64,000 nt of DNA from Clostridia bacterium. GTDB taxonomy: Bacteria > Bacillota > Clostridia > Oscillospirales > CAG-272. Shown piece by piece: positions 18,476-28,758 of this stretch. A program made the position numbers and the translations under genes. The stretch's first letter is position 1, and each line of letters starts with the position of its first letter. Location of the stretch: positions 77,418 through 141,417 of the forward strand of contig JAGASS010000051.1 in the NCBI GenBank assembly GCA_017621655.1, in the 5' to 3' direction. The notes under the pieces are model-generated. The model was not told the origin of the DNA and searched no databases. It worked only from the letters and a program-made list of their open reading frames with translations.

Positions 18476-21400
18476 ATGCTTGAATTAAGAAACATTAAAA
18501 AGGATTACCCTACCGGTAACGAAACGGTGCACGCGCTCAAGGGCGTTTCCCTTTCGTTCCGAAGAAGCGAGTTTGTCAGTATTCTCGGTCAGTCGGGCTG
18601 CGGTAAAACTACGCTTCTTAACATCATTGGAGGACTTGACAGATATACAGAAGGCGACCTTATCATAAACGGTAGGTCAACAAAGAACTATAATGACAGA
18701 GATTGGGACACGTACCGCAACCACTCTGTCGGATTCGTTTTCCAGAGCTACAATCTGATTCCCCACCAGACCGTTCTTCAAAACGTCGAGCTTGCGCTCA
18801 CACTTTCGGGCGTGTCGAAATCCGAGCGCAGAAAGAGAGCGACCGAAGCTCTTGCGGCAGTCGGTCTTAAATCTCAACTTAATAAGAAGCCGAGCGAATT
18901 GTCGGGCGGACAGATGCAGAGAGTTGCTATTGCACGTGCAATAGTAAACAACCCCGATATTATCCTTGCCGACGAGCCGACCGGTGCTCTTGACTCCGAG
19001 ACGAGCGTTCAGGTCATGGAAATACTCAAGGAGATCTCGAAGGATCGACTTGTCGTTATGGTAACGCACAACCCAGAGCTTGCAGAGCAGTATTCGACAA
19101 GAACGGTAAGAATGCTCGACGGACTTATCATTTCCGACTCTATGCCGCTAACGGATGAAGAAATTGAGGCGGAGAATGCAGCGCTTGAGCAGGCAAAAAA
19201 GGCGGCGGCAACAAAAAAACAGAAAAAGCAGAAGAAGCCCTCGATGTCCTTCTTCACCTCCTTCGGTCTTTCGATAAGAAACCTCTTTACCAAAAAAGGA
19301 AGAACCGTCCTTACGTCCTTTGCGGGAAGTATCGGAATAATCGGAATCGCGCTTATTTATGCGGTTTCCGAGGGTACGACAAACTATATTTCTTACGTTC
19401 AGGAAAGCACGCTTTCCTCTTATCCTATAACGCTTGAGGCACAGCACGTCAGCGTAGGAACTCTGATGGAGACCTTCATAGGCGCGGCAAAGGAAAAGGA
19501 GAAGCACCCGAACGACGCGGTTTATCAGAATCCCGTGCTTTATGACCTCGTAAATACTCTCAGCCAGATTGAGGCAAAGGAAAACGACCTGCGTTCCTTC
19601 AAGAAGTATCTTGAAACGAAGCTTGACGACAAGGAGAACGAAAAATTCAACGCCGCTATAAACGGCATTCAGTATTCTTACGGAGTTGACCTCAATATCT
19701 ACACCAAAAACGTAGACGGAACGATCATAAAGAGTAACACCGAAGAGCTTATTCAGAAAATGCTCATTAAGTACATGGGCGAGATAAGCGGCTCCCAGAT
19801 GACGGGAGACACCGGTATGCTATCTATGCTCTCGGGCGGCAGTATGTCGTCTATGATGAGAGTTTGGCAAGAGCTTCTTCCCGGCAAGGACGGTTCAGCC
19901 ATCAATCCGCTTGTCGAGAAGCAATATGATCTCGTTTACGGAAACTGGCCGAACGAATATAACGAGATAGTTATCGTTGTTGACGAGAACAACGAGATCG
20001 ACGATATGACCCTCTATGCACTCGGTCTTATCTCAGATGAAGAGATAGATAAGATCGTAAAGGCAGCCGCAAAGGATGAGCCGCTTGAATTCGAGACGCA
20101 GAAATGGTCTTATGAGGACATCTGCAAAATGGAATTCAAGACGATCCTGAACGCAGATCTCTATTCGAATATCGACGGCATATATCAGGACGTTTCGGCA
20201 AGCGAATCGCACCTTAACGTTCTCTATAATCACAAGGCGGTCCCCCTTAAGGTCACCGGTATAATCAAGCTTAAGGAAGATACAAGCTCTACTCTTATAA
20301 CGGGTACTATCGGATACACTTATCACCTAACCGAATATATTGCCGAAGAAAATAAAAAATCGGGCGCAATAGTTGATCAGATCAATAATCCGAAGCTCGA
20401 CATTTTCACGGGTCTTCCCTTCGCGGACACCGAAGGAACTCTTAACAATGCTGAGAAGGCAGAGTACTTCAGAAGCCATATTGCAGGCATGACGGCAGAG
20501 GAAAAGGCGCAAACCTATATCTCTATAATTTCGATACCGTCATCTGAGTATCTTGCAAGTAAGATAGGACCAGTGATTGCAGGCATGACACCCGAAATCA
20601 TGCGTGAGGCAGTAATATCTCAGATACTTGCTTCGCAGACCGTAAAGGATGAAAACAGCGTTCGCGAGTACGTCGGTCTTATGTCCGACGAGGATATAAC
20701 CGCAATGATCAGCGGTATTCTTGCCGAGCAGGAAACGGCAATTTTCGCCGCAGAGCAAAAAGCAAAATATGCAAACAAAACTCCCGAGGAGCTTGCATCC
20801 GAGCTTGACAGCGCAGTTCTTTCTTATACTGACGAGCAGTGCGCCGCGTACTACGACAGCGTATTCAAGTTCTCCCCTTCTACCTATGAGATGAATATGC
20901 ATAAACTCGGCTACGTTGATCTTGAACAGCCGACGACCATAAATCTCTTTGCTACCTCCTTTGCAAATAAGGACGTCATCGAGGAAATGATCATCAGCTA
21001 CAACAACAGCGTAGACGAGATCTCGCGAATCGAATATACCGACTTTATGGGAATCATGATGTCCTCTATAACGACGATCATCAATGCAATCAAGTACGTT
21101 CTTATCGCATTCGTCAGCGTTTCTCTCATTGTTTCCTCGATAATGATAGGCGTAATAACGCTCATATCCGTTCAGGAAAGAACGAAGGAGATCGGTATTC
21201 TTCGCGCGATCGGTGCGTCGAAGCGCAACGTTTGCAGTATGTTCAATGCAGAAACCGTAATCATCGGATTCACTTCCGGCTTGATCGGCGTTCTGTTCAC
21301 TTACCTTGTCTGCATTCCTATCAACCTTATCCTCTATGCGCTAACGGGAATTGCAAACCTGCAGGCAACGCTTGATATCAGAGTTGCAATTGTTCTTGTC

Positions 21401-21493
21401 GCAATCAGCGTGCTTCTCACGCTCATATCGGGACTTATTCCCTCTCGCGGCGCCGCAAAGAAGGATCCCGTTGTTGCACTTCGTACCGAATAA
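18476..21493 (+). CDS. fused ABC transporter ATP-binding/permease protein, MacB/FtsX type
   Basis: The N-terminal NBD has GQSGCGKTT Walker [15 protein letters not shown] signature and [11 protein letters not shown] Walker B. It is followed by TM1, about 580 aa predicted extracytoplasmic, and a C-terminal FtsX-like 3-TM bundle ([16 protein letters not shown]). I place the start at MLELRNIKK. Confidence 0.85.
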   Translation: MLELRNIKKDYPTGNETVHALKGVSLSFRRSEFVSILGQSGCGKTTLLNIIGGLDRYTEGDLIINGRSTKNYNDRDWDTYRNHSVGFVFQSYNLIPHQTVLQNVELALTLSGVSKSERRKRATEALAAVGLKSQLNKKPSELSGGQMQRVAIARAIVNNPDIILADEPTGALDSETSVQVMEILKEISKDRLVVMVTHNPELAEQYSTRTVRMLDGLIISDSMPLTDEEIEAENAALEQAKKAAATKKQKKQKKPSMSFFTSFGLSIRNLFTKKGRTVLTSFAGSIGIIGIALIYAVSEGTTNYISYVQESTLSSYPITLEAQHVSVGTLMETFIGAAKEKEKHPNDAVYQNPVLYDLVNTLSQIEAKENDLRSFKKYLETKLDDKENEKFNAAINGIQYSYGVDLNIYTKNVDGTIIKSNTEELIQKMLIKYMGEISGSQMTGDTGMLSMLSGGSMSSMMRVWQELLPGKDGSAINPLVEKQYDLVYGNWPNEYNEIVIVVDENNEIDDMTLYALGLISDEEIDKIVKAAAKDEPLEFETQKWSYEDICKMEFKTILNADLYSNIDGIYQDVSASESHLNVLYNHKAVPLKVTGIIKLKEDTSSTLITGTIGYTYHLTEYIAEENKKSGAIVDQINNPKLDIFTGLPFADTEGTLNNAEKAEYFRSHIAGMTAEEKAQTYISIISIPSSEYLASKIGPVIAGMTPEIMREAVISQILASQTVKDENSVREYVGLMSDEDITAMISGILAEQETAIFAAEQKAKYANKTPEELASELDSAVLSYTDEQCAAYYDSVFKFSPSTYEMNMHKLGYVDLEQPTTINLFATSFANKDVIEEMIISYNNSVDEISRIEYTDFMGIMMSSITTIINAIKYVLIAFVSVSLIVSSIMIGVITLISVQERTKEIGILRAIGASKRNVCSMFNAETVIIGFTSGLIGVLFTYLVCIPINLILYALTGIANLQATLDIRVAIVLVAISVLLTLISGLIPSRGAAKKDPVVALRTE

Positions 21494-21510
21494 TTTACAG
21501 GAATATAAAA

Positions 21511-22161
21511 ATGAAGGACATTGTATTTTTTGACCTTGACGGCACTTTAACTGACTCGGGCGACGGAATCAAAAATTCCGCCGCCTATGCCCTGAATAAA
21601 TTCGGAATACCTGTTCCGAAGAGAGACGAGCTAAATAAATTCATCGGTCCGCCTCTTGTCGGAAGCTTCAGAAATCTTTTCGGTATGTCCGACGAGGATG
21701 CTGACCTTGCGGTGGTTTATTACCGCGAATATTACGCGGTTAAGGGTATATTTGAAAACTCTCTTTACGACGGAGTTACCGATATGCTCGAGGCGCTGAA
21801 AAAGGCAGGAAGAACGATCGTTTTAGCAACGTCAAAGCCCGAGATCTACGCTAATCAGATACTCAAGTATTTTAATATTTACGACTACTTCACGCACGTT
21901 TGCGGTGCAGAAATGGATCACAAGCGCACTGATAAGCACGAGGTCATCGAGTATGCGCTTGAGACTGCCGGGGTAACTGACAGAAGCCGCGTAGTAATGG
22001 TTGGCGACCGTCTTCACGACATTCAAGGCGCAAAAAAATCACACCTTGACAGCATCGGCGTCACCTTTGGCTACGGAAGCGAAGCCGAGCTTAAGGAAGC
22101 TGGCGCAGATTACATTGTCAACGACGCTAAAGAGCTTACCGAGCTTCTTCTCAAACTATAA
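21511..22161 (+). CDS. HAD-superfamily hydrolase (phosphoglycolate phosphatase-like subfamily)
   Basis: FFDLDGTLTDS motif I, ATSK motif II, VGDRLHD motif III/IV. Confidence 0.8.
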   Translation: MKDIVFFDLDGTLTDSGDGIKNSAAYALNKFGIPVPKRDELNKFIGPPLVGSFRNLFGMSDEDADLAVVYYREYYAVKGIFENSLYDGVTDMLEALKKAGRTIVLATSKPEIYANQILKYFNIYDYFTHVCGAEMDHKRTDKHEVIEYALETAGVTDRSRVVMVGDRLHDIQGAKKSHLDSIGVTFGYGSEAELKEAGADYIVNDAKELTELLLKL

Positions 22162-22162
22162 G

Positions 22163-22199
22163 AAAAAGGCAACCGCAATTGCGGTTGCCTTTATTTTTA
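22163..22199. terminator. bidirectional intrinsic terminator between convergent genes
   Basis: AAAAAGGCAACCGC-AATT-GCGGTTGCCTTTATTTTT, with an A-run and a T-run flanking a 9-bp GC stem. Confidence 0.8.
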
Positions 22200-23543
22200 T
22201 TCCTCGTCTTCCTCGTTTTCTTCCTTTGGAAGAAGCTCAACGACAGCGGACACTACTCTGTGCTCGGTTATCTCCTCAACCTTGATATGAAGTCGGTCGA
22301 TAGTAAGCTCAGGCGTTTCACCGTCTGCAGGAATGGTAGTAAATCTACTGAATATAAGTCCCGAAAGAGTTGACAGGTCATCATCCTCGGGCGGAAAATC
22401 AATGTCAAGCGCCTCTTCAACTGTATCAAGCGCAACGCTACCGTCCATGCGGTAGAGATTCTCGCCGATCTGCTCGATCTCTTCGTCCTCGAACTGCTCG
22501 TCGGTCTCGTCGTATATATTACCGACGATCTGCTCTATCAGATCTTCCATAGTAACGAGACCTGCTGTGCCACCGTACTCGTCAAGAATTATAGCCATAT
22601 GAGTTTTCTTTTCCTGCATATCGCGGAACAGAAGGTCAGCGCGTACAGATTCGGGCACGAAATTCGGCTCAAATATAAGCTCTTTAAGAGTTTTCGGCGA
22701 CTGCTCGCATACGTTAAGAAGGAATCTTCTCGTACTGAGAACGCCGATTATGTTATCAATATCGTCTTCATAAACGGGAAAACGCGAATAGCCCGTTTCG
22801 TTTATCGTCTTTATTATATCTTCAAAGCTGTCGTTAATATCTATTGCCGTCATCTCGGTGCGATGCGTCATAATATCGGCGGCGGTAGTGTTATTGAACT
22901 CGAAAATGTTTTCGATCATTTCCTTTTCGTCTGCCTGAATATTACCATCCTCTTCACTTGACTCGACCATCATGCGTATCTCTTCCTCGGTGACCTCTTC
23001 ATCCTCGTGCTTGGGATCGATCCTCAGCATTTTGAGTACAAGGTTAGTCGATACCGAAAGGAACCACACTACAGGACGGAAGATCACGGCAAAGAAGCGA
23101 ACGACAGAGCAAAGTCGCATAGCCGCCTTTTCGGGGTTTTTCATCGCTATTCTCTTCGGGACAAGCTCGCCGAGAATAAGTGTAAAATAGGAGAGAATGA
23201 GAGTGATCAAGATGACGCAAAGCACGTCGAGCACCTGCTCGCCGAGCGACGTAAAGCCGACACCGTAATACAGCCAATGTGTCAGTCTGCTCGCGATGTT
23301 ATCGGCGGCAAATGCAGAACCGAGAAAGCCGGCGAGAGTAATGCTTATCTGAATCGTAGACAGGAATCTGTCAGGATTCTGAAGCATTTTAAGCAGCTTC
23401 GCTGCCTTTTTATTTCCGTCCTCGGCAAGCTTTTCCATCTTTTTCTCGTTTAGAGAAACAACCGCCATCTCGGAGCATGCAAAAATTGCATTAACAAAAA
23501 TAAGAATAAACTGGAGTATTAATTGACCCCATAACGGATCCAA
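22197..23543 (-). CDS. CNNM/hemolysin-family membrane protein (DUF21 TM domain + CBS pair + CorC_HlyC)
   Basis: Four N-terminal TM segments, a CBS pair region (TAADIMTHRTEM...GYSRFPVYE) and a C-terminal transporter-associated domain. TTG start with AAGGGGGGA upstream. Confidence 0.8.
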   Translation of the reverse strand: MDPLWGQLILQFILIFVNAIFACSEMAVVSLNEKKMEKLAEDGNKKAAKLLKMLQNPDRFLSTIQISITLAGFLGSAFAADNIASRLTHWLYYGVGFTSLGEQVLDVLCVILITLILSYFTLILGELVPKRIAMKNPEKAAMRLCSVVRFFAVIFRPVVWFLSVSTNLVLKMLRIDPKHEDEEVTEEEIRMMVESSEEDGNIQADEKEMIENIFEFNNTTAADIMTHRTEMTAIDINDSFEDIIKTINETGYSRFPVYEDDIDNIIGVLSTRRFLLNVCEQSPKTLKELIFEPNFVPESVRADLLFRDMQEKKTHMAIILDEYGGTAGLVTMEDLIEQIVGNIYDETDEQFEDEEIEQIGENLYRMDGSVALDTVEEALDIDFPPEDDDLSTLSGLIFSRFTTIPADGETPELTIDRLHIKVEEITEHRVVSAVVELLPKEENEEDEE

Positions 23544-23628
23544 AAAGAATCCCCCCTTAAATATTTAATCTTTTATATTATACTACACTTTTGAAAAATA
23601 GTCAATACCGATTCCGAATAACAAAAGG

Positions 23629-23657
23629 TTGACATTTTAGGTCATTGGAGTTATAAT
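23629..23657 (+). promoter_or_regulatory. sigma-A type promoter of the ligase-racemase pair
   Basis: TTGACA, a 17-nt spacer, TATAAT. Confidence 0.65.
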
Positions 23658-23693
23658 AATATAAATGTGTGATTAACTATCAAGGAGCTATAA

Positions 23694-24737
23694 ATGGCTA
23701 AAATCAGAATCGCCGTTATCTTCGGCGGAAATTCAACGGAATATGAAATATCTCTTCAGTCGGCGTTTTCGGTACTTGATAATCTCGATCCCGAAAAATA
23801 CGACGTTATCCCTCTCGGAATAACACGTGACGGTGACTGGTATCGCTATTACGGCAGTTATGAAAATCTGCCGGCAAACACCTGGATGAACGATCCCGAG
23901 CTTCTGATGCCGGTCGTTATCTCTCACAGCCGTTCCTCTAAGGGCATTATAGAGCTTCGCCCCGATGGAAACGTGCTTACCGAGATAGACCTTGCCCTTC
24001 CGATCCTTCACGGAAAGAACGGCGAGGACGGAACGGTACAGGGTCTGTTTGAGCTTGCGGGAATCACCGTTGTCGGATGCTCCGCGCTTTCTTCCGCTAT
24101 CTGTATGGATAAGGACCGCGCACACAAGCTTGTAGAGCTTGCGGGCATCGAGGTTCCTAAGGCGGTAATGATCAGAAAATATCAGAAGGACGATGCTCCC
24201 GCTTTGACTAAGGGACTTACGTATCCCCTTTTCGTTAAGCCCGTTCGTGCAGGTTCTTCCTTCGGTATTACCAAGATATATCGCGAAGAAGAGCTTGTTT
24301 CGGCAGTCAGCTTCGCTTTTGAACACGACGACGAGGTAATTATCGAAGAAAACGTTGACGGCTTTGAGGTCGGCTGTGCCGTTCTTGGTATTGACGAGCT
24401 TACCGTCGGTCGCGTTGACGAGATCGAGCTTTCTCACGGCTTCTTCGATTTTACCGAGAAATATAACCTTATCACCTCTAACATATATATGCCTGCGCGC
24501 ATCGATCCAGAAACCGAAAAGCGTATTCAGGAAAGCGCAAAGATCATATATAAAGCTCTCGCTTGCAGCGGTTTTGCGCGTGTGGACATGTTCCTTACGC
24601 CCGACAAGCGCATAGTATTTAATGAGGTCAATACCATTCCGGGTTTCACCTCGCATAGCCGTTATCCCAGCATGATGAAAGGAATCGGGCTGACATTTGA
24701 CAAGATGCTCGATAAGCTCATCGAACTCTATATCTGA
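23694..24737 (+). CDS. ddl: D-alanine--D-alanine ligase family protein (VanG/VanC-like features)
   Basis: IAVIFGGNSTEYEISLQSA, HGKNGEDGTVQGLFELAGI, FFDFTEKY and NEVNTIPGFTSHSRYP are Ddl/Van ligase ATP-grasp blocks. Confidence 0.88.
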   Translation: MAKIRIAVIFGGNSTEYEISLQSAFSVLDNLDPEKYDVIPLGITRDGDWYRYYGSYENLPANTWMNDPELLMPVVISHSRSSKGIIELRPDGNVLTEIDLALPILHGKNGEDGTVQGLFELAGITVVGCSALSSAICMDKDRAHKLVELAGIEVPKAVMIRKYQKDDAPALTKGLTYPLFVKPVRAGSSFGITKIYREEELVSAVSFAFEHDDEVIIEENVDGFEVGCAVLGIDELTVGRVDEIELSHGFFDFTEKYNLITSNIYMPARIDPETEKRIQESAKIIYKALACSGFARVDMFLTPDKRIVFNEVNTIPGFTSHSRYPSMMKGIGLTFDKMLDKLIELYI

Positions 24738-24765
24738 TTCAATCAAAACCTAACGGGAGGAAAAT

Positions 24766-25902
24766 ATGGTGAGAAGAAAAGCAGCTATTTCCAAGGCGCA
24801 AAGGTCGTGGATCGAGCTTGATTTTGCGGCACTTCGTAATAACGTAAGCGAGCTACGTCGCATTATGCACAGCGGCTGCAGAATTCTTGCTATCGTAAAG
24901 GACGAAGGATACGGTCACGGTGCGTATCAGATAACAAAGGAGCTTCAGAAGCTCGGCGTTGACGCTTACGGCGTTGCAACGGTCGACGAAGCTATAGCTA
25001 TCAGAAAATTCGGTATTAAGGGCATGATCCTAGTTCTCGGCTATACCGATCCGATCAGAGCAAAGGATCTTAAGAAATACAATATAACGCAGACTGTATT
25101 TGATGTTGATTACGCCAAAGAGCTGAACTCTCAGGGCAAAAAGATAAAGGTACATATAGCCATAGACAGCGGAATGCACAGAATCGGAATCGACGTAAAG
25201 GACTTTGATGCAGTCGCCTCGGTATACACGCTCAAGAATCTTTCGGTTGACGGTGTATTCTCTCATCTTTGCGTCAGTGACTCAAAGAAGGAAGATGACA
25301 TCGAATACACAAAAAGTCAGATCAATTCTTTCAACGAGCTTATAAGTGCTCTTGAAGCAAACGGTCTTCCCGTGAAAACTCAGCACATTCAGGCAAGCTA
25401 CGGGCTAATCAACTATCCCGAAATCAAGAGTGACTACGCAAGAATGGGAATTTCCCTTTACGGCGCAGACAGTGAGTACGGTTACGAAAAGGAGATTGAC
25501 ATTTCCCTATCGCCCGTTATGTCGATAAGAACAAAGATAATTCAGCTACGCACTTATCAGCCGGGCGAGTCGATCGGATACGGAAGAACCTTTATAACCG
25601 AACGCGAAAGCCGTATAGCGGTCCTGCCGATAGGATACGGTGACGGTATTCCGAGATGTCTCTCGGGCAAGGCGAACGTGCTCGTTTGCGGAAAACGCGC
25701 TCCTATGGTCGGACGCATCTGCATGGATCAGCTGATGATAGACGTGACGGATATTCCCGAAGCTTCCGTCGGAGCTATCGCTACCGTTATCGGGCGCGAC
25801 GGAGACGAGATCATAACTGCCGAGGAGGTCGCTTATCAGGCAGGAACGATAACGAACGAAATATTCTCCCGACTTGGACGTCGCCTTGACATAATATCAT
25901 AA
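24766..25902 (+). CDS. alr: alanine (or serine) racemase, soluble
   Basis: PLP-Lys block AIVKDEGYGHG, HIAIDSGMHRIG, and the SHLCVSDS variant of the THFA block, 378 aa. Confidence 0.85.
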   Translation: MVRRKAAISKAQRSWIELDFAALRNNVSELRRIMHSGCRILAIVKDEGYGHGAYQITKELQKLGVDAYGVATVDEAIAIRKFGIKGMILVLGYTDPIRAKDLKKYNITQTVFDVDYAKELNSQGKKIKVHIAIDSGMHRIGIDVKDFDAVASVYTLKNLSVDGVFSHLCVSDSKKEDDIEYTKSQINSFNELISALEANGLPVKTQHIQASYGLINYPEIKSDYARMGISLYGADSEYGYEKEIDISLSPVMSIRTKIIQLRTYQPGESIGYGRTFITERESRIAVLPIGYGDGIPRCLSGKANVLVCGKRAPMVGRICMDQLMIDVTDIPEASVGAIATVIGRDGDEIITAEEVAYQAGTITNEIFSRLGRRLDIIS

Positions 25903-25909
25903 ACACAAA

Positions 25910-25937
25910 CAGCCCGCAAATGCGGGCTGTTTTCTTT
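25910..25937. terminator. intrinsic terminator between convergent genes
   Basis: CAGCCCGCA-AA-TGCGGGCTG followed by TTTTCTTT. Confidence 0.75.
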
Positions 25938-26868
25938 AGCTAAAAATTGTTTCTATTATTCTTTGGCTTCCTTTCGGTGAATAACGCCACGAATCAATAT
26001 GAGACACATCATCACCATAAGGACGTATCTCACGCACAGGCAAATTTTCGCCCTTGTATGCATCGATGATAACAAGCTTAAGCTTCATTCGCTCGGGAAT
26101 GATATTCTTTATGTAGACTGCCGTAGTTTGCCCCACGGTAATATCCGAGCGATACTCTGCCAACCCCGCAAGATTCGGCGTAAGCTCAACGAATATGCCG
26201 TATTCCTCAATGCTTCTTACGATTCCTGCCACGGTCTGACCGACCGAAAACATTGATGCGTTTTCCTCCCAAGTGCCGAGAAGCTCCTTGTGCGTCACGT
26301 AAATTCTCTCGCCGTCATTGCTCTTTATTGCAACCTTTATTCTATCACCGACCGAAAATCTGTCAGACGGATGGCTAATACGTGAAACCGAAATACAGTC
26401 AATTGACAAAAGTGAAATAACGCCGCATCCAATGTCAACAAACGCACCGAAATTCTCAAGATGCGTTATCTTTGCGTCAATTATATCACCCGAAATGCAG
26501 TCGGAAAGGAAAGCTTCGTAGCATTCCCTTTGCGCTTCCTTGCGTGACAGGCGCGCGACCTTTATTCCGTCCTGATAATAGAACCCCATCACCTTGAAGC
26601 ATACCGCTTTTCCGACGCGAGTTATAACGGCAATATCGCGCACGTCACCGCCGGATCTATCGTATTCTACGTCACCGCGGTCAATAATACCGAGCATACA
26701 GCCAAGATCAACTGTCAGTGTATAATTTGCGTCACACCGCACAGCCATTGCCTCAAGAATAACGCCCTCGTTCATAGCTCGAATCAACCCGTTTTCGTTT
26801 GAGAGATATTCCCTGTTCTCAGGCATTGACAGAACTATTCCCTCGGGCTTGTATTTACATAAATGCAT
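25936..26868 (-). CDS. S1 RNA-binding domain-containing protein
   Basis: Two S1-like repeats (GDIIDAKITHLENFGAFVDIG and GQTVAGIVRSIEEYGIFVEL). GGAGG lies 7 nt upstream. Confidence 0.7.
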   Translation of the reverse strand: MHLCKYKPEGIVLSMPENREYLSNENGLIRAMNEGVILEAMAVRCDANYTLTVDLGCMLGIIDRGDVEYDRSGGDVRDIAVITRVGKAVCFKVMGFYYQDGIKVARLSRKEAQRECYEAFLSDCISGDIIDAKITHLENFGAFVDIGCGVISLLSIDCISVSRISHPSDRFSVGDRIKVAIKSNDGERIYVTHKELLGTWEENASMFSVGQTVAGIVRSIEEYGIFVELTPNLAGLAEYRSDITVGQTTAVYIKNIIPERMKLKLVIIDAYKGENLPVREIRPYGDDVSHIDSWRYSPKGSQRIIETIFS

Positions 26869-26949
26869 AATTAAACCTCCGCCGAACGTTTCGTCCGCTT
26901 TTTTGATAAGCGTTACTACTATATTCGGCGGAGGTCATTTATATGCTAT

Positions 26950-28188
26950 TTATTTAAGGGAAATATGGACGGGAAGACCGTTTTTATATTCGGGATAGCT
27001 CTCGCCCTCGATGAGAGGAAGGAGGTACTTAACGCCCTCGTCGGTGATACCGTTACCGCGCTCGTTAATAAAGCTGTCGGGAACTGTTCTGACCATATTA
27101 GCTATCTTGTCAATGTCCTCGTATCCCGGAACGCAGGTATACGGGTCGTTGCTTGTACGAACGAAGGTCATCATTTTACCGCTGATGCCGTTAACTGCAT
27201 TTTCAACTGCGGCTTTACCGACTGCAACAGACTCGGTAATATCGGTAAGAGAAGCAATATGAGAGGCGCATCTCTGAAGAATGTTAAGCTCAACGGAACG
27301 AACCTTACAGCCGATCTCTTCCTTAACAGCAAGCTCAAGTGCTTTACCCGTACCCGAAAGATACTTGTGACCGAAAGCATCGGCAACACCGCTCTGCGTA
27401 CCCTCGCCAACGTATCTGCCGTCAGATAGACGAATACCCTCGGAAACACAAACGACTACGTTAGGATGCTTTTCAAGGCAAGCGCGGACATCGGCAAAAA
27501 ACTCATCGTAATTAAACACTCTCTCGGGAAGATAAATAAGATCCGGCTCAAATCCCGTAGCTCTGGTAAGTGCCGCTGCAGCGGTAAGCCAACCTGCGTC
27601 ACGTCCCATAATTTCGATGATAGTAACTGCCTTGACGGTGTAGACCGCGCAGTCGCGGAGCATTTCGGAAACAGACGCCGCAATGTACTTAGCGGCTGAA
27701 CCGTAACCGGGAGTATGGTCTGTACCCATAACGTCGTTATCGATCGTCTTCGGCACTCCCATTATGCGCATTTCGTAATCAACCGTCTTTGAATAAGCAG
27801 AAAGCTTCGCAACGGTATCCATAGAATCGTTACCGCCGATGTAGAAGAAATAGCGGATATTATGCTTCTTGAAGAAGGCAAAGACCTTTTCGTATACCGC
27901 CTTGTCACTGTCAGACATATTATTGAGAGACGGAAGCTTCTTACGGCAGGAGCCAAGAGCAGCTGCAGGAGTTTTCTCGAGCGTTACGAGCTTAGATTCA
28001 TCGTCAAACATCTCTGTAAGATTGCAGAAGCTGTCATTAAGAATTCCCTCGATACCGTGATACATACCGAATATAGTTTCGATATTCTCATTTTCAAGCG
28101 CACCGCGGATAACACCGCTGAGGGTTGCGTTAATTGCGGCAGTAGGTCCGCCGGACTGTCCGACGATAGCATTTCCCTTCAATACCAT
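26950..28188 (-). CDS. 6-phosphofructokinase, long form, probably pyrophosphate-dependent
   Basis: GQSGGPTAAINA, IGGNDS and PKTIDND (Lys rather than Gly before TIDND, as in PPi enzymes). The start is MVLKGN with GGAGG upstream. Confidence 0.85.
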   Translation of the reverse strand: MVLKGNAIVGQSGGPTAAINATLSGVIRGALENENIETIFGMYHGIEGILNDSFCNLTEMFDDESKLVTLEKTPAAALGSCRKKLPSLNNMSDSDKAVYEKVFAFFKKHNIRYFFYIGGNDSMDTVAKLSAYSKTVDYEMRIMGVPKTIDNDVMGTDHTPGYGSAAKYIAASVSEMLRDCAVYTVKAVTIIEIMGRDAGWLTAAAALTRATGFEPDLIYLPERVFNYDEFFADVRACLEKHPNVVVCVSEGIRLSDGRYVGEGTQSGVADAFGHKYLSGTGKALELAVKEEIGCKVRSVELNILQRCASHIASLTDITESVAVGKAAVENAVNGISGKMMTFVRTSNDPYTCVPGYEDIDKIANMVRTVPDSFINERGNGITDEGVKYLLPLIEGESYPEYKNGLPVHISLK

Positions 28189-28208
28189 AGAAACCTCCAA
28201 AGTTTATA

Positions 28209-28242
28209 AAAAAGTAAAAAGCGCAGGCAAGCCTGCGCTTTT
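28209..28242 (-). terminator. intrinsic terminator after tRNA-Glu
   Basis: AAAAAGCGCAGGC-AA-GCCTGCGCTTTTT. On the minus strand it is followed by TTTTTACTTTTTT. Confidence 0.75.
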
Positions 28243-28317
28243 TGGTGACCCGTAGGGGAATCGAACCCCTGTTTCCGCCGTGAGAGGGCGGCGTCTTAGC
28301 CTCTTGACCAACAGGCC
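28243..28317 (-). tRNA. tRNA-Glu (anticodon CUC), CCA encoded
   Basis: Reverse complement: GGCCTGTTGGTCAAGAGGCTAAGACGCCGCCCTCTCACGGCGGAAACAGGGGTTCGATTCCCCTACGGGTCACCA. It has a 7-bp acceptor stem (two G-U pairs), anticodon stem CCGCC/GGCGG with loop CUCUCAC, and a GGTTCGATTCC T-arm. Confidence 0.9.
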
Positions 28318-28334
28318 TCATTGGCACGGTTAGA

Positions 28335-28363
28335 ATTATACCACACTTCTTTATATTTTGCAA
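28335..28363 (-). promoter_or_regulatory. sigma-A type promoter of tRNA-Glu
   Basis: On the minus strand: TTGCAA, a 17-nt spacer, TGGTATAAT (extended -10). Confidence 0.7.
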
Positions 28364-28491
28364 GAGCTTTTCAAAATTTATTTATGAATTTTTTGTAAAT
28401 TGAAAAATTATTGACGAAACAAGAAAAAAGTTGCAATTTCTGACAAAATATGATATAATGAATCAGTTAAAATATTTTACGGAGAAAAACA

Positions 28492-28758
28492 ATGAAAAAC
28501 TCACTTATCGTTTTCTTTTTCGTTTGTGCGGGAATAGTATCCGGCTCGCTGGTCGCGAACCTCACTTCAAGCGTTAAGGGTCTGTCTTGGCTTTCTTACG
28601 GTCTCGCGTTTGGGATCACAGAGCCGTTCGTTCTTGATCTGAGCGTGCTTAAGCTATCCCTCGGCTTGACCTTTAATCTAAACATTTCAGTAATACTGTT
28701 TGTTACCCTCGCCGTCGTTATTGCATATATGATAACGGGCAAGCGCAGAAGAAGATGA
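28492..28758 (+). CDS. small membrane protein, DUF4321-like
   Basis: 88 aa with two hydrophobic segments. It sits directly upstream of maf, as DUF4321 genes often do in Clostridia, with an ATGA stop/start overlap with maf. Confidence 0.5.
   Translation: MKNSLIVFFFVCAGIVSGSLVANLTSSVKGLSWLSYGLAFGITEPFVLDLSVLKLSLGLTFNLNISVILFVTLAVVIAYMITGKRRRR

Noticed and set aside
23733-24746. 337-aa ORF antisense to the ddl-family gene. Similar long antisense ORFs lie at 9400-10548, 10729-11559, 15627-16316, 29456-30217, 35969-36748, 52510-53124 and 60301-61131.
   Set aside because: Each lies wholly inside a strongly conserved gene on the other strand, has no SD and no recognisable motif, and has the skewed composition (R/C/V/L-rich) typical of shadow frames in genes with biased third positions.
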